DNA of 41,918 nt. Source: Caldisphaera sp. (GTDB lineage: Archaea; Thermoproteota; Thermoprotei_A; Sulfolobales; Acidilobaceae). Both the position numbers and the translations under genes were made by a program. Where the stretch lies: positions 1 through 41,918 of the forward strand of contig JBMFKU010000011.1 in assembly GCA_049971805.1 (NCBI GenBank), given 5' to 3'. Positions 27,629 to 38,226 of the stretch are shown here, piece by piece. The notes under the pieces were generated by a model. That model saw only the letters and a program-made list of their open reading frames with translations. It made no database searches and was not told the origin of the DNA. How positions within the stretch are numbered: position 1 is the first letter of the stretch; each line of letters starts with the position of its first letter.

Positions 27629-29482
27629 TTGTGCGGTATAATAGGAATAACAAATAAAAAGTGCAATATTGTTGATAAGCTAATTGTTGGCCTCCAAAAG
27701 CTAGAATACAGAGGTTATGACAGTGTTGGTATAGCAGTAATTAATAATGGTTCTATACAATTAAAAAAAGGAGCAGGTGATTTAGAAACAGTTATGAAAA
27801 GGCTTGATTTTTCTGATCTAACAGGTCTTACTGGTATAGCCCACACAAGGTGGGCAACCCATGGAGGGGTTAACGATACAAATGCCCACCCCCATTTAGA
27901 TTGCTCAGGCAATATAGCTGTTGTCCATAATGGTGTTATAAGGAATTTTGCTTCTCTAAGAATAGAACTGGAAAACAATGGGCACAAAATAAAAAGCGAA
28001 ACAGATACAGAGCTATTTGCCCATTTGTTAGAAGACGAAGAAAAGAAAAGCAATAGCTTTATTGAGGCATTGGCAAAGGCACTATCAAAGATAGATGGAA
28101 CATACTCCTTTGGTATACTGCATAGAAATGAAGGGGATAAGGTATACTTTGCAAAGATGAGATCCCCATTAATTATTGGTTTCAGTGAAGATATAAAGGC
28201 AATAGCAAGTGATCTTCCTGCTTTGTTAGATATGACGAAAACAGTTATTTTATTGGAAGATGGGGAGTTTGGTTATATAAGCCCAACAAATTTTGAAATA
28301 TATAAGTTAATTCCTGGAGGAGGTTATAGGAAATTAAGCCTAGAAGAAATCACATTAAAAGTCAAAACAGTTGAGTTAAGCCCAGAGGCAGCAAGCAAGG
28401 GTGGTTACCAGCATTTTATGATAAAGGAAATTTATGAGCAACCGAGCGCCATAAGGGAGACGTTTGATGGAAATATTGAAGACCCAGCCTTGAGAAAGGC
28501 AGCCGAAATCATTTCCTCTTCAAACAGGGTTTTCTTAACTGCTGCAGGAACAAGCTATCATGCTTCTCTTGTTTTTTCAAAGATAATTGCCAAGAGGGCT
28601 AAGCTTTTCTCATATCCAATTATATCATCTGAAATGAGCTATGTTTCACCAGCAATTCAAAGAGATGATCTGTTAATAGCAATTTCCCAGAGCGGAGAAA
28701 CATATGATACATTACAGGCCATAAGGGATGCAAAAAAGAGCGGAGCAAAGATTATCTCTATTACAAATGCGTTGGGAAGCGCAATAGTAAGGGAATCAGA
28801 TTTTTCTTTATATACAAGGGCAGGTCCAGAGATAGGTGTTGCAGCAACGAAGACATTTTTGTCTCAAATAATGCTTTTGGAGATGCTATCAGCATTTATT
28901 TCATATGAAAGGAAAACATTTGATAATGATGAAAAAAACAATGTATTAAACTATTTAAAATATGCCCCAAATCTATTGCAATCATCATTGGAGGCAAGTG
29001 ATACATTGATACCCGCATTAATTAATTTACACAAAAAGGACTCATCGTATATCTTAGGTAGAGGTCTTGGATCTGCTATAGCTATGGAAGGTGCCTTAAA
29101 GATTAAAGAAATAACATACTTGCATGCAGAATCTTATCCAGCAGGGGAGAGCAAGCACGGGCCAATAGCCCTTGTAGAAAGGGACTTCCCAGTTTACATA
29201 GTTTCTACAAGCGATGCACCTGAAATAGCTGGTAACGCTATAGAAATGGCTGCAAGAAATGCAAAGGTAATTGTCGTTAAACCTGCTGATTTAAATCTTG
29301 AATTAAAGGAAGATAAGAAGAACATTTATTTTGCAGACATGCCTCCCTCAAATAGCGTTTTAGAGCTTGAACCATTTATTTTAACACCCCTATTCCAAAT
29401 AATTGCTTATAGGCTATCCGTGGAAAGGGGGCATAACCCGGATAAGCCAAGGAACCTAGCGAAGACTGTAACTGTTGAATAG
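27629..29482 (+). CDS. glmS: Glutamine--fructose-6-phosphate aminotransferase
   Basis: A TTG start at 27629 gives the required N-terminal Cys (MCGIIG); LEYRGYDS, HTRWATHG, SQSGET and PRNLAKTVTVE. Confidence 0.97.
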   Translation: MCGIIGITNKKCNIVDKLIVGLQKLEYRGYDSVGIAVINNGSIQLKKGAGDLETVMKRLDFSDLTGLTGIAHTRWATHGGVNDTNAHPHLDCSGNIAVVHNGVIRNFASLRIELENNGHKIKSETDTELFAHLLEDEEKKSNSFIEALAKALSKIDGTYSFGILHRNEGDKVYFAKMRSPLIIGFSEDIKAIASDLPALLDMTKTVILLEDGEFGYISPTNFEIYKLIPGGGYRKLSLEEITLKVKTVELSPEAASKGGYQHFMIKEIYEQPSAIRETFDGNIEDPALRKAAEIISSSNRVFLTAAGTSYHASLVFSKIIAKRAKLFSYPIISSEMSYVSPAIQRDDLLIAISQSGETYDTLQAIRDAKKSGAKIISITNALGSAIVRESDFSLYTRAGPEIGVAATKTFLSQIMLLEMLSAFISYERKTFDNDEKNNVLNYLKYAPNLLQSSLEASDTLIPALINLHKKDSSYILGRGLGSAIAMEGALKIKEITYLHAESYPAGESKHGPIALVERDFPVYIVSTSDAPEIAGNAIEMAARNAKVIVVKPADLNLELKEDKKNIYFADMPPSNSVLELEPFILTPLFQIIAYRLSVERGHNPDKPRNLAKTVTVE

Positions 29483-29493
29483 GTGAGGAAAAG

Positions 29494-30645
29494 ATGCTTG
29501 GAGTTGTTTTGGCTGGAGGATATGGTAAAAGGCTTTTGCCCTTAACTAAAGAAAAACCGAAGTCGTTTTTAGATGTTGGCGGGAGGCAGCTATTTGATTA
29601 CAGCGTTGAAATTTTGAGGAATGCTGGTATAAGGAAAATTGTTGTAATAGTACCACCAGACTATGAAAATCTTGCCATACCAAGGGATGAAGATGTCTAT
29701 ATTGTTAGTCAGAAAGGAGAAGATATAAGAGGAGGGATATATACAGCTGTACAAGAGGCAAATAAAAGGAAAGAAGAGCAGATATTGCTTGCATATTCAG
29801 GTTTTTTGGCAAGCCCAAATATAGGTAAGGCAGTTTTAGATTTTTATGCATCATCGGGTTACCCAATTGTTATAGCTGTTGCCCCTGTTTCAACTGGATT
29901 GGAAACATATGGCTTTGTTTCCCTAGATTACAAGGGGCAGATAACTAATTACAATCAGCCAGATGAAAAGAACAGGAGTTGGCTGAAGAACAGGGGTTAT
30001 GTATTTGCTGGCTTGATGGTATCAGATGTTAAACAATTGGAAAGAATTTCCAAGGATCAGTTTGAGTCTTCAATGGCAATTGTATCAAAGGAGGGGCTTG
30101 TTGGGGGTATAGTGTGGACAAATAAATGGATTGAAATTGGCTATCCATGGGATTTCTTAGATGCACTAAAAGTAATTCTAAGCGATTCCGGAATTAAAAT
30201 AAGCAGGAGTGCAAACGTGAGCAGATCTGCAATAATTTCTAATGGTGTTATAATAGATGATAATGCAGTAATTGAGGAAGGTGCAATTATTATAGGCCCA
30301 GCATATATTGGTAAGAGAAGCCAAGTTCTTGCTGGTAGTATAATAAAACAGTATACTAGCATTGAAGAAAATGTTTTAATAGGTGAAAACAGTGTTGTGC
30401 TTTCCTCATTAATAATGAGGGATTCATACATATCTCCTCTATCAGAAATAAGGTATTCTGTTTTAGGGGAAGGGGTTAGGGTTGAGCAATCATCTCATTT
30501 AATTGAAGGTGTTCCTGAGATGCTTCCTGATAGGCTAAAAGGTGTTACAGAGTTTTTGGGTGAAGTCAGGCTTGGGGCAATAGTTTCTCCGAGAGAAAAA
30601 ATAAAACCATTTAGCGTTATAGGTAGCGGCAAGATTATTGAATAA
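29494..30645 (+). CDS. Sugar-phosphate nucleotidyltransferase with hexapeptide-repeat domain (GlmU/GCD1-like)
   Basis: LAGGYGKRLLPLT..PK, W.EIGYPWD and a C-terminal left-handed beta-helix; follows glmS. Confidence 0.85.
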   Translation: MLGVVLAGGYGKRLLPLTKEKPKSFLDVGGRQLFDYSVEILRNAGIRKIVVIVPPDYENLAIPRDEDVYIVSQKGEDIRGGIYTAVQEANKRKEEQILLAYSGFLASPNIGKAVLDFYASSGYPIVIAVAPVSTGLETYGFVSLDYKGQITNYNQPDEKNRSWLKNRGYVFAGLMVSDVKQLERISKDQFESSMAIVSKEGLVGGIVWTNKWIEIGYPWDFLDALKVILSDSGIKISRSANVSRSAIISNGVIIDDNAVIEEGAIIIGPAYIGKRSQVLAGSIIKQYTSIEENVLIGENSVVLSSLIMRDSYISPLSEIRYSVLGEGVRVEQSSHLIEGVPEMLPDRLKGVTEFLGEVRLGAIVSPREKIKPFSVIGSGKIIE

Positions 30646-32770
30646 CATGAAAAATAAATTTATAATTTACATCGTTTGGTAAATCTTTAACGCTGCATCT
30701 CCTATTTAAACATGCTATCTTTGCCCTTATTTTGTAATCATAATAGCTTGTTTCCGCATTTTCTCCATATAAGTGGAATTCCAAGTTATTAAAATATTTT
30801 TTATCATCAATATAATAAATTTCTTCCCCTAATGTTGGTATAACAGAGTTTAGCTTGACAAAAATAGGAAAGCTGTCCAATCCATAGCTTAATCTGTACC
30901 ATTTTTCACCTTCAAATAACTTATCAGAAAAGAATTCAAAATAGTTTCCTTTGGGTAAATAAAGTTCTCTTTCACCCCCTTCTTCAGTTATGGGTGCAAC
31001 TATTATGCTTTTTCCAAGATAAAATTCATCATCTATATTATAAGTGTTTTTATCATCAGGGTTATCAAAAAACAGAGGCCTTACAAGAGAGATTTTATCT
31101 TCAACAGATCTTAAAGATTCGCTGTAAATATAGGGCAGCATCTTATACCTTAGCTTTATAATCTTTTTTGTAACCTCTTCATTAAACTTCCATGGTTCTC
31201 TATCACTGTCTCCATGAGTCCTTACATGGCTTATCATAATTCCTGCCTGAAGCCATCTTATGTAAAGCTCTTCACTTGGTTTACCTGAAAAACCTCCTAC
31301 ATCGAAGGAAGCAAACATGGCACCTGATGAGTGAAAAGATAAAAGACCTCTTATTGATTGTCTTAAACCTTCCCAGCTAGACGGTGTATCCCCACCCCAA
31401 TTCAATGGGTACTGCCAAACACCAGTATATCCAGACCTTCCCCAGACTATACCATAACCCTTTAGTTCCTTTGTTGCCTCGTAAACCGCTCTCATATAAA
31501 ATAATGGAAATAAGTTATGGAGTTCCTCCCCTCTTAACCCATTTGAAACAGCATCATAAGGTATTGCCTCACCATAGTCTGCCTTTATTACTTCTGCATA
31601 TCTTAAAATCCTTTCCTTTAAAATTTTTTTATAGCTTTCAAATGCTTTATTTTCAAAAAGGTTTGGTATCCCGGCGCTTTCTCTTTTTTGACAATCTGCC
31701 ATAGGAATTGCATGCCCACCATTTTCTGATTTAATTAGATTGTCCTTCATCATATTCCATAAATTTGTGTTTGGTTCGATGTATGGGTTTATCCACAAAG
31801 AAAGCTTAAAATTCATTTTGTGCAGATTATCAATCATTCCTTGGGGATCTGGAAAATTATTTCTGTCCCATTCAAAATCAACTGTATCGCATTTGTACTT
31901 ATCCCAATTTCCTTGCCATGTAGGGTCAATATGAATAACATCTGCTGGATAACCCTTTTTCCTAAGTTCCTCTGCAATTTTTAAGACCTCTTCTTGGTTT
32001 TTATATGCACATTTGCTTTGCCAATAACCAAAGCTCCACTTTGGTAATTCATTTTTCGGCTCTCCTGCTATCTTATAAAGATTTTTAAATATTTCATTTA
32101 TATTACCCAAAAATAGATATGCATCAAAATGACCCCTCATTAAAATCAAAAGTCTGTCATACGATGTTTTACCTATGTCAAAATATACTGGTGAAGAAGT
32201 GTTAATTAAGATACCCCAACCCCTTGGGGACCAAATAAATGGGATTGGTATGTATGTTGCGTAGTTTGGTGTAGAAGGCATATCCGAGGCCCATGTTATA
32301 AAATCATAACCTCTTTTGTTTATGTGCCCGAAGTGCTCTCCAAGACCAAATATTGGTTCTTCAGGGGATAAGGAAAGAGAAAATGAATAGCATATCTTAT
32401 CACCTCTACACGTTAAGATACCTGTTGTAATTGTTGTTCTATCAACCCATTTTAATGTTGGATAAAATAGTGGATCGAACCAAGGCCTATCACCTTCTTT
32501 TTCACCAGTCCCCCATTCCTCAACAATTTTATTTTTTTCTCTAAATATTTTTAATTTTGGCAAAAGTTTCACATAAAATTTTGATGTATTGAAGCTCTTT
32601 TCAACGTTTCCCTTAATTACATTTCCAAATCTTATTATACCTTCATCGATTAGCGAATAACAAATTTTACCGTAATCAGAATAAACACACCCATCATTAA
32701 AAAACCTGTTTATAAATGGAGAAAATGATAGTGCTTTAAATTCATTTTCATCAAACTTTATTGTTGCCAC
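30635..32770 (-). CDS. GH31 glycoside hydrolase (YicI-like alpha-xylosidase/glucosidase)
   Basis: FGLGE, KADYGE nucleophile, WGGD acid/base, FDVGGF and RTHG. Probable GTG start at 32770 after GGTGG. Confidence 0.88.
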   Translation of the reverse strand: MATIKFDENEFKALSFSPFINRFFNDGCVYSDYGKICYSLIDEGIIRFGNVIKGNVEKSFNTSKFYVKLLPKLKIFREKNKIVEEWGTGEKEGDRPWFDPLFYPTLKWVDRTTITTGILTCRGDKICYSFSLSLSPEEPIFGLGEHFGHINKRGYDFITWASDMPSTPNYATYIPIPFIWSPRGWGILINTSSPVYFDIGKTSYDRLLILMRGHFDAYLFLGNINEIFKNLYKIAGEPKNELPKWSFGYWQSKCAYKNQEEVLKIAEELRKKGYPADVIHIDPTWQGNWDKYKCDTVDFEWDRNNFPDPQGMIDNLHKMNFKLSLWINPYIEPNTNLWNMMKDNLIKSENGGHAIPMADCQKRESAGIPNLFENKAFESYKKILKERILRYAEVIKADYGEAIPYDAVSNGLRGEELHNLFPLFYMRAVYEATKELKGYGIVWGRSGYTGVWQYPLNWGGDTPSSWEGLRQSIRGLLSFHSSGAMFASFDVGGFSGKPSEELYIRWLQAGIMISHVRTHGDSDREPWKFNEEVTKKIIKLRYKMLPYIYSESLRSVEDKISLVRPLFFDNPDDKNTYNIDDEFYLGKSIIVAPITEEGGERELYLPKGNYFEFFSDKLFEGEKWYRLSYGLDSFPIFVKLNSVIPTLGEEIYYIDDKKYFNNLEFHLYGENAETSYYDYKIRAKIACLNRRCSVKDLPNDVNYKFIFHVIQ

Positions 32771-32845
32771 TTTTCCACCAATTGTTTTATTATAAATCAA
32801 TAATTTAATATTATCTCTTTGGTTTTTCAACTGATGAAGAAATTG

Positions 32846-33401
32846 CTAATACTCCTTCGTCTTCTCCTGAAATGCTGCAATTACGTCAACGCCATAAGCT
32901 CTGAACAGCTCTACTAGATATTCAAAGCTGAAGAGAGTTAGCCTATCCTTATATGATAGTACAACAGCATCGATTTGCCTCCTCTTTGCAAGCTCTATGA
33001 GTTTCTTTAAACCTTTCCTATCTTCCTTCAGCCCAGAACCAACGTCACTAACTTCAACAGTTTTAATGTCATTAAAAGTTCTCTTAGACTCACTCCATTA
33101 AAGCTTTTAATTGCTTCTCCAGATCATCATTTTGTGTATTTGATGAAACCCTTGCATAAATTGCTACTTGCTTAACCCTCTCACTTCCACTTAATAATTT
33201 CTCAACCTCACTATAAGGAATCCTTCACCTACCGTTAATCTCAACAGCTTTGATTTTCCCCTCCCTTATCCACTTAATAACACCACTCCTACTCATGCTG
33301 AATATTTCGGCAACTTCACTGGGAGTTAAGTATCTCTTCACGTACCTCTCCACAGTAATTAGAAGCAACTAGAAGTATTTAAAAGTTACGTGCAAGTGCT
33401 A
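32846..33401 (-). mobile_element. tnpA: IS607-family element relic: tnpA pseudogene with left end; no tnpB
   Basis: MERYVKRYLTPSEVAEIF...IREGKIKAVEINGR*RIP...AIYARVSSNTQNDDLEKQ (MerR-like HTH plus the catalytic Ser motif YARVSS). Internal stops; truncated at AFQEKTKEY*. Confidence 0.9.
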
Positions 33402-33435
33402 CACTCTCCCTCAGGTCAACTTAATAAGGAATTAG

Positions 33436-33547
33436 AGTAACTTTACTCCCACCTGAAGGGAGAAATAAGAGTATCATAAAGGGGGTAACCATTAAGACCT
33501 CAGGAACCAACGCCCTTCATGGCTGTTGGCTTATATAAAGAGGTCAG
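33436..33547 (+). mobile_element. Degenerate IS200/IS605 end(s) / MITE-like relic
   Basis: ttactcccacctgaagggag and ggaaccaacgcccttcatggc...gaggtcag resemble archaeal IS605 hairpins and the right-end GAGGTCAG. Confidence 0.45.
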
Positions 33548-33665
33548 TGGAAAAATTAAATGAATTATATAAAATTTATCTCTAAGTAACAATCTCTAAG
33601 AATAGGATTTAAACATCTTAAATTAAATGCAATAAACTAATTAAAATGCCATATGAAAGATAATA

Positions 33666-34118
33666 CTATATAAGTATACTGTTTAATCCTTCTTTTAGTG
33701 CTATTTCATGAAGTTTTTTATCTGAAACAAGAAATGAATTTGCGCCTATATAGTTTGCTGACACAATTTGCAATGCGTCTGCTTGATATAATTGATATTT
33801 TTCAATTATTTTCCATGTTTGTTTTATTATAAAGCTTTTTAAATCTACTATAATAAGCACGTTCAACTTTAAGAGCCTTGTGGTCTCACCTAGAAACCTT
33901 CTTTTAATCAAGCCATAATCTTCTTCATTTAACCTTCCAAGTCTTTTGGCCTTATCTAGAACTCCAAGTATTTCACCAATATTCCATAAACTGAAAGCTA
34001 TTTTTAGTTCAACGTTATAAGCACTCTTGTATATATTTTTCATGTAATCAGATCCAGACTCAGCAACGTATCTTTTAACAATGGCGCTTGTGTCAAGATA
34101 AACTGTTTGCTCGCTCAT
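33666..34118 (-). CDS. vapC: PIN-domain toxin VapC
   Basis: YLDTSAIVKRY..E.GS, ADALQI and SDKKL...A..EGL. Confidence 0.92.
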   Translation of the reverse strand: MSEQTVYLDTSAIVKRYVAESGSDYMKNIYKSAYNVELKIAFSLWNIGEILGVLDKAKRLGRLNEEDYGLIKRRFLGETTRLLKLNVLIIVDLKSFIIKQTWKIIEKYQLYQADALQIVSANYIGANSFLVSDKKLHEIALKEGLNSILI

Positions 34119-34359
34119 CTCTCATCTCTCTGACTAAGTTGCTAACAAATCCTTCCTTAGGCTTTATTGGTTCAAAGTCTAATTCATCATTAAATGAACC
34201 AGCAATTTCTCTTAATGCGGCTTCGATATTTTCGCCTAATTCTTCTTTAATCATGTCTTCCAATAAGAGGCTAATCTCTATATCTTTCTTTGATGCAACT
34301 TCTTTTATTTTTTTCCAAAGATCTTCATTAATAAAAACGCTGGTCTTCTTTCTGGCCAT
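34093..34359 (-). CDS. Ribbon-helix-helix antitoxin (VapB-like)
   Basis: KKTSVFINEDLW..IK RHH N-terminus and C-terminal VREMRDER; overlaps vapC. Confidence 0.8.
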   Translation of the reverse strand: MARKKTSVFINEDLWKKIKEVASKKDIEISLLLEDMIKEELGENIEAALREIAGSFNDELDFEPIKPKEGFVSNLVREMRDERANSLS

Positions 34360-34374
34360 ATAGACACCAGTAAG

Positions 34375-34396
34375 TATATACCGAAGTAGGTATATA
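34375..34396. promoter_or_regulatory. Inverted repeat TATATACC-n6-GGTATATA; putative vapBC autoregulatory operator
   Basis: Perfect 8-bp arms 15 bp upstream of the antitoxin start, overlapping the likely TATA box. Confidence 0.6.
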
Positions 34397-34547
34397 TTCT
34401 TATATCAAAATGATGAACTATTAGAATGACTTAAAAGGAGTCTCATGACATACTTGCCGTAAAGACTAGTAGATGATTAGAGCTAAATTCCTATACTCCA
34501 TAATGAATTGAGATAAAGTAATAGAATTAATAACAAACCTTGCCTTT

Positions 34548-34990
34548 CTAAGCAGAACCCAAAATCTTTTTAAAATCTATTCTACCAGATTGATATAATT
34601 TTAACCAAGATTTTATGATAATCGAGTTAGGGGACTCATTTGGTGTATCTGAAAATATTATATCACTTTCTTTAACGTTTCTTCTCTCTTTAAAACCAAT
34701 TTCAGCTTTAAAATCCTTAGTTTCTTGCCATACATTTAAAGATGATTCCAAGTATTTTTTGTTACCCGTTACTTCATAAGCTGTTAAGGATGATGATAAA
34801 GATGATGATAAGTCTTCCAAAATTTTTTCTCCATTTTCATTTATTCTTCTTCCAGAATTTCCAAGTTTTTCTACTATATTTAATGACTCATAAATCCCTT
34901 TGTCAGTTAGTAAACTGGATAATAACAGTGCTTCTGCAGCTCTCGCATTTTGATATGTATAAGCATTATTGTTTTTCCTTGGTTTTCTCT
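34548..34990 (-). pseudogene. Internal fragment of a YyaL/SSP411 thioredoxin-domain protein
   Basis: RKPRKNNNAYTYQNARAAEALLL...LED...AYEVTGNKKYL...DTPNESPNS; no N-terminal domain, bounded by stops. Confidence 0.65.
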
Positions 34991-35631
34991 AGCTTTCTTT
35001 ATATAAATATAATTTAATGAGAACAGGATGAGAACAATCATTTAAAGTTCCACTATATAAAATTTTATCACATATCATCACATTCATAGTAGAAAGATTT
35101 CCAATATATTGGTTAGGTTAGAGCGCTATTTCAATATCAGGTCTGTCAATTATGTTTGGATTGATTTTCTTAATATATTATCATAAGAATGAAAAATTAA
35201 AGAAGCAAGATTTTATATATGGCTGATGGTTATCTTTAATATTTATCTTTAATATTTAATTGTAATATTAATTATTTTATATCCATGTGCTATGGAATTA
35301 ATAAAATACCATTTCTATATGACAATATGTCATTTTTGGATATTTTATTAATGTTCTATAATTGATGGTATTAAGAAGTTAAAAATATAATTATTAAAAG
35401 ATGGTAAAACAGATAAACCATTATTTATTTCTATTGATTTTGATTTGACATGTATCTATTTATAATTCTCAGAATTAACGTAATCATGAAGTCTATATTT
35501 ATAAATTATTTTTAAATATAAAAATATATTTGTTATTTTTAAATATACAATAATTATTAAAATATAATATATTTAATTTTCCATTGAGAAGCAAAATCCA
35601 TTTTAATCTTTCTATTTTTATTATTATCTGG

Positions 35632-35705
35632 GCCGTGGTAGCTCAGCCTGGTGGAGCGCTGCCCTGGTAAGGCAGAGGTCCCGGGTTCAAAGCCCGGCCA
35701 CGGCT
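35632..35705 (+). tRNA. tRNA-Thr(GGU)
   Basis: Acceptor stem GCCGTGG/CCACGGC; anticodon arm CTGCC-CTGGTAA-GGCAG; T-arm CCGGG-TTCAAAG-CCCGG. CCA is not encoded. Confidence 0.96.
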
Positions 35706-36402
35706 ATCTTATTTAATTATGTATGCCATGTATGACGTTACAAAATTTAATTTATGATATAAATTTCTACACCATCTAAACGATTTTTTTGTTTTCAATA
35801 GAATAAATTGCTTGTATAGATTAAACAAAAACAAATTATCGAATTATAGAAATTGTTTCTTTAATAAATTTTGGGTATAATGATTATGAGAAGATATTAA
35901 TAAAAAATAATAATGGGTGATAATATTTTTTAAACAATAGAATATTAATATATAATTTGCTAGTTATATTGGATATAATCTTCAAAAAATTAGTCAAATA
36001 AAATTTTATAGTTTGTATCAAAGTTTAATTATACTACTTTTATAAATTGTCGAAGCATCATTATCTTTATAATCGAATCAAAATAGTATGTTAATTCTAT
36101 TTTTCTGCATGACAACATTTTTACAAAAATAAATTCTCTATAAGAAAGTCAACTATGTTAACTAAATCATAAATGAAAAATTTAGAATTCTTATATATAT
36201 AAGATAAGTTAGCAAGAACTAATTTAAATCTTAAAATTGATATAAAATTATTTAGGATATATTCAATAAGCTCACTATAATTAATATATTAATATGATTA
36301 ATAATTTTAGATTCCCTTATAAAACTCTTATTAATTATTTTTGTGATTATTTATATAATAATTTTAATATATTATTAATTAATTTTTAACTTTTTATATA
36401 AG

Positions 36403-36494
36403 TGGGCCCGGGGGGATTTGAACCCCCGACCACAGGGACCCGATTCGGGTGCTTATGGCAAACCCCGCATCCTGCCAAACTGGACTACGGGCCC
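36403..36494 (-). tRNA. tRNA-Pro(CGG) with 18-nt intron at position 32/33 (intron 36444-36461)
   Basis: Acceptor stem GGGCCCG/CGGGCCC-A. Removing TTGCCATAAGCACCCGAA gives CGGGG-TTCGGGT-CCCTG. A bulge-helix-bulge motif forms at the junctions. Confidence 0.92.
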
Positions 36495-36554
36495 TCATAA
36501 TTTATTAAGGAAGAGAAAAATAAAAGGATTATCTTATTCATTTATCCTTTGTAA

Positions 36555-38225
36555 TTAAACCTGGTCTGTCTTTAAAACCATGTCTGTATTAGTTGGTGGA
36601 AGATCATCTTTGCTTATAATCAAATCAATTAACAAAGCCTCATCCCTTATAATTTCATTTAATGTATTATCAATTTCATTATCGTTATCAACCTTAATCC
36701 CTTTTATTCCAAATGATTCAGCTAGTTTAGCAAAATCCGGATTGTTCAAAACTGTTCCATATACTCTACCTGATTTATTTATTAACTGTTTCAAATAAAG
36801 AACCCTATAGGAACTGTCATTAACAATGATAATCTTAACGTTTAAATTTTCATCCTTTATTGTTTGCAATGCCTGTATACTCATCAACGCTTCACCATCT
36901 CCAGCTATGGCAATAACTTCCCTATCGGGGTTAGCAATCTTTGCTCCTATGCTAGCAGGTAAGGCAAAGCCCATTGAGCCCAAATTTGTTGCAGCAACAA
37001 ATCCTCCAAATTTATGTATTTTTAAGTAATCATAAGCATATAAAATATGAGTTCCCTGACCTCCTACAATTATCCTGTTTTTTGGCAAGACCTTGTTTAA
37101 TTCATAAAAGAACTTAGCTGGATTAACGTTTTCATACCTCCTTTTTAACGTTTCACTTAATAAATTTTCCCAGCTCTTCCTATATTCTTTAACTTCGTTA
37201 TTCCAATCCTCGTTGTTATTTCTTTTTTCATTGTTTAATTCCTTAACTAATTCTTTCAAAAAATTAACTGGGTTTCCTTTTATTGTTTCGTAATATGAAG
37301 GCCTTAACTCAGATGAGGAATCTAAGGAAACAACAACTATGCTATTAGAAGGTGTTAAGTTAAAACCATAAGTTGTTACATCGTTATACTCATTACCTAA
37401 AATAAGCAAATAATCTGTTGACTTTAATGCATTATCAGCAAACAATGAACCACCACCATAACCAACTCTTCCCAAACATCTATAATCATCTTCATCACAA
37501 ATCCCCCTGCTATTGCCTGTTGTTAAGATAAAACCATCAACGATTTCAGCCAGATCGTATATGTACTTATTAACCTCTTCATAATTAGCCTCTCCAGATA
37601 CTAAAATTAAAGGTTTTTTAGAATTTTTCAGCTCTTCCTTAACCCTTATCACATCTTCCCTATTAATTTCATTATCTTCTTTATTAAAATCAATTTCCTC
37701 ATAATTAGCATCAATTTCCTTATCCCATAAATCTTCGGGCACCTCTAGAACAACAGGTAAGGGCAATCCCTGAAATAGATCTTTCATTACTTCATTAAAG
37801 ACATCACTAAATCTTTCAGTATCTTCAAGATAATGGTATTTTATCCCTAATGATTTAGAAATTTCACCCTGATTTACCTCAAGCCAAGAATCTGTATTTT
37901 TAAGCCTTCTCTTTACTCCCCCAGTTATTAATAAAAGCCTAGACCTGTCTTTCATAGCTATACCTAAACCAGTTAATGAATTTAGAAAACCTCCTCCTGC
38001 ATGAACAACTACTGCAGCAGGTCTCCTTGTTGTTCTGTATTCTGCATCTGCAGCTGAAATAGCAACGTTTTCATGTCTAACAGTTATTTCCCTTATTTCG
38101 TTTTTATGATAATAGAGGGAATCGTAAAAGTTCAAAACAGTTGTACCTATTATACCATATACCCTCTTTATACCATATTTTATTAAACCATTTGCTATAG
38201 CTTCAGATAATTTAACTTCAGCCAT
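36555..38225 (-). CDS. Thiamine-pyrophosphate-dependent enzyme (acetolactate synthase-like family)
   Basis: VRHE, GSMGFALPA and GDGE...ND TPP-binding motif. Probable ATG at 38225. Confidence 0.9.
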   Translation of the reverse strand: MAEVKLSEAIANGLIKYGIKRVYGIIGTTVLNFYDSLYYHKNEIREITVRHENVAISAADAEYRTTRRPAAVVVHAGGGFLNSLTGLGIAMKDRSRLLLITGGVKRRLKNTDSWLEVNQGEISKSLGIKYHYLEDTERFSDVFNEVMKDLFQGLPLPVVLEVPEDLWDKEIDANYEEIDFNKEDNEINREDVIRVKEELKNSKKPLILVSGEANYEEVNKYIYDLAEIVDGFILTTGNSRGICDEDDYRCLGRVGYGGGSLFADNALKSTDYLLILGNEYNDVTTYGFNLTPSNSIVVVSLDSSSELRPSYYETIKGNPVNFLKELVKELNNEKRNNNEDWNNEVKEYRKSWENLLSETLKRRYENVNPAKFFYELNKVLPKNRIIVGGQGTHILYAYDYLKIHKFGGFVAATNLGSMGFALPASIGAKIANPDREVIAIAGDGEALMSIQALQTIKDENLNVKIIIVNDSSYRVLYLKQLINKSGRVYGTVLNNPDFAKLAESFGIKGIKVDNDNEIDNTLNEIIRDEALLIDLIISKDDLPPTNTDMVLKTDQV

Positions 38226-38226
38226 T

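Noticed and set aside
32831-32842. Hammerhead ribozyme core CUGAUGA...GAAA
   Set aside because: No room for stem II and no flanking helices.
34409-34475. Second C/D box sRNA beginning at ATGATGA
   Set aside because: No CUGA D or D' boxes at suitable spacing.
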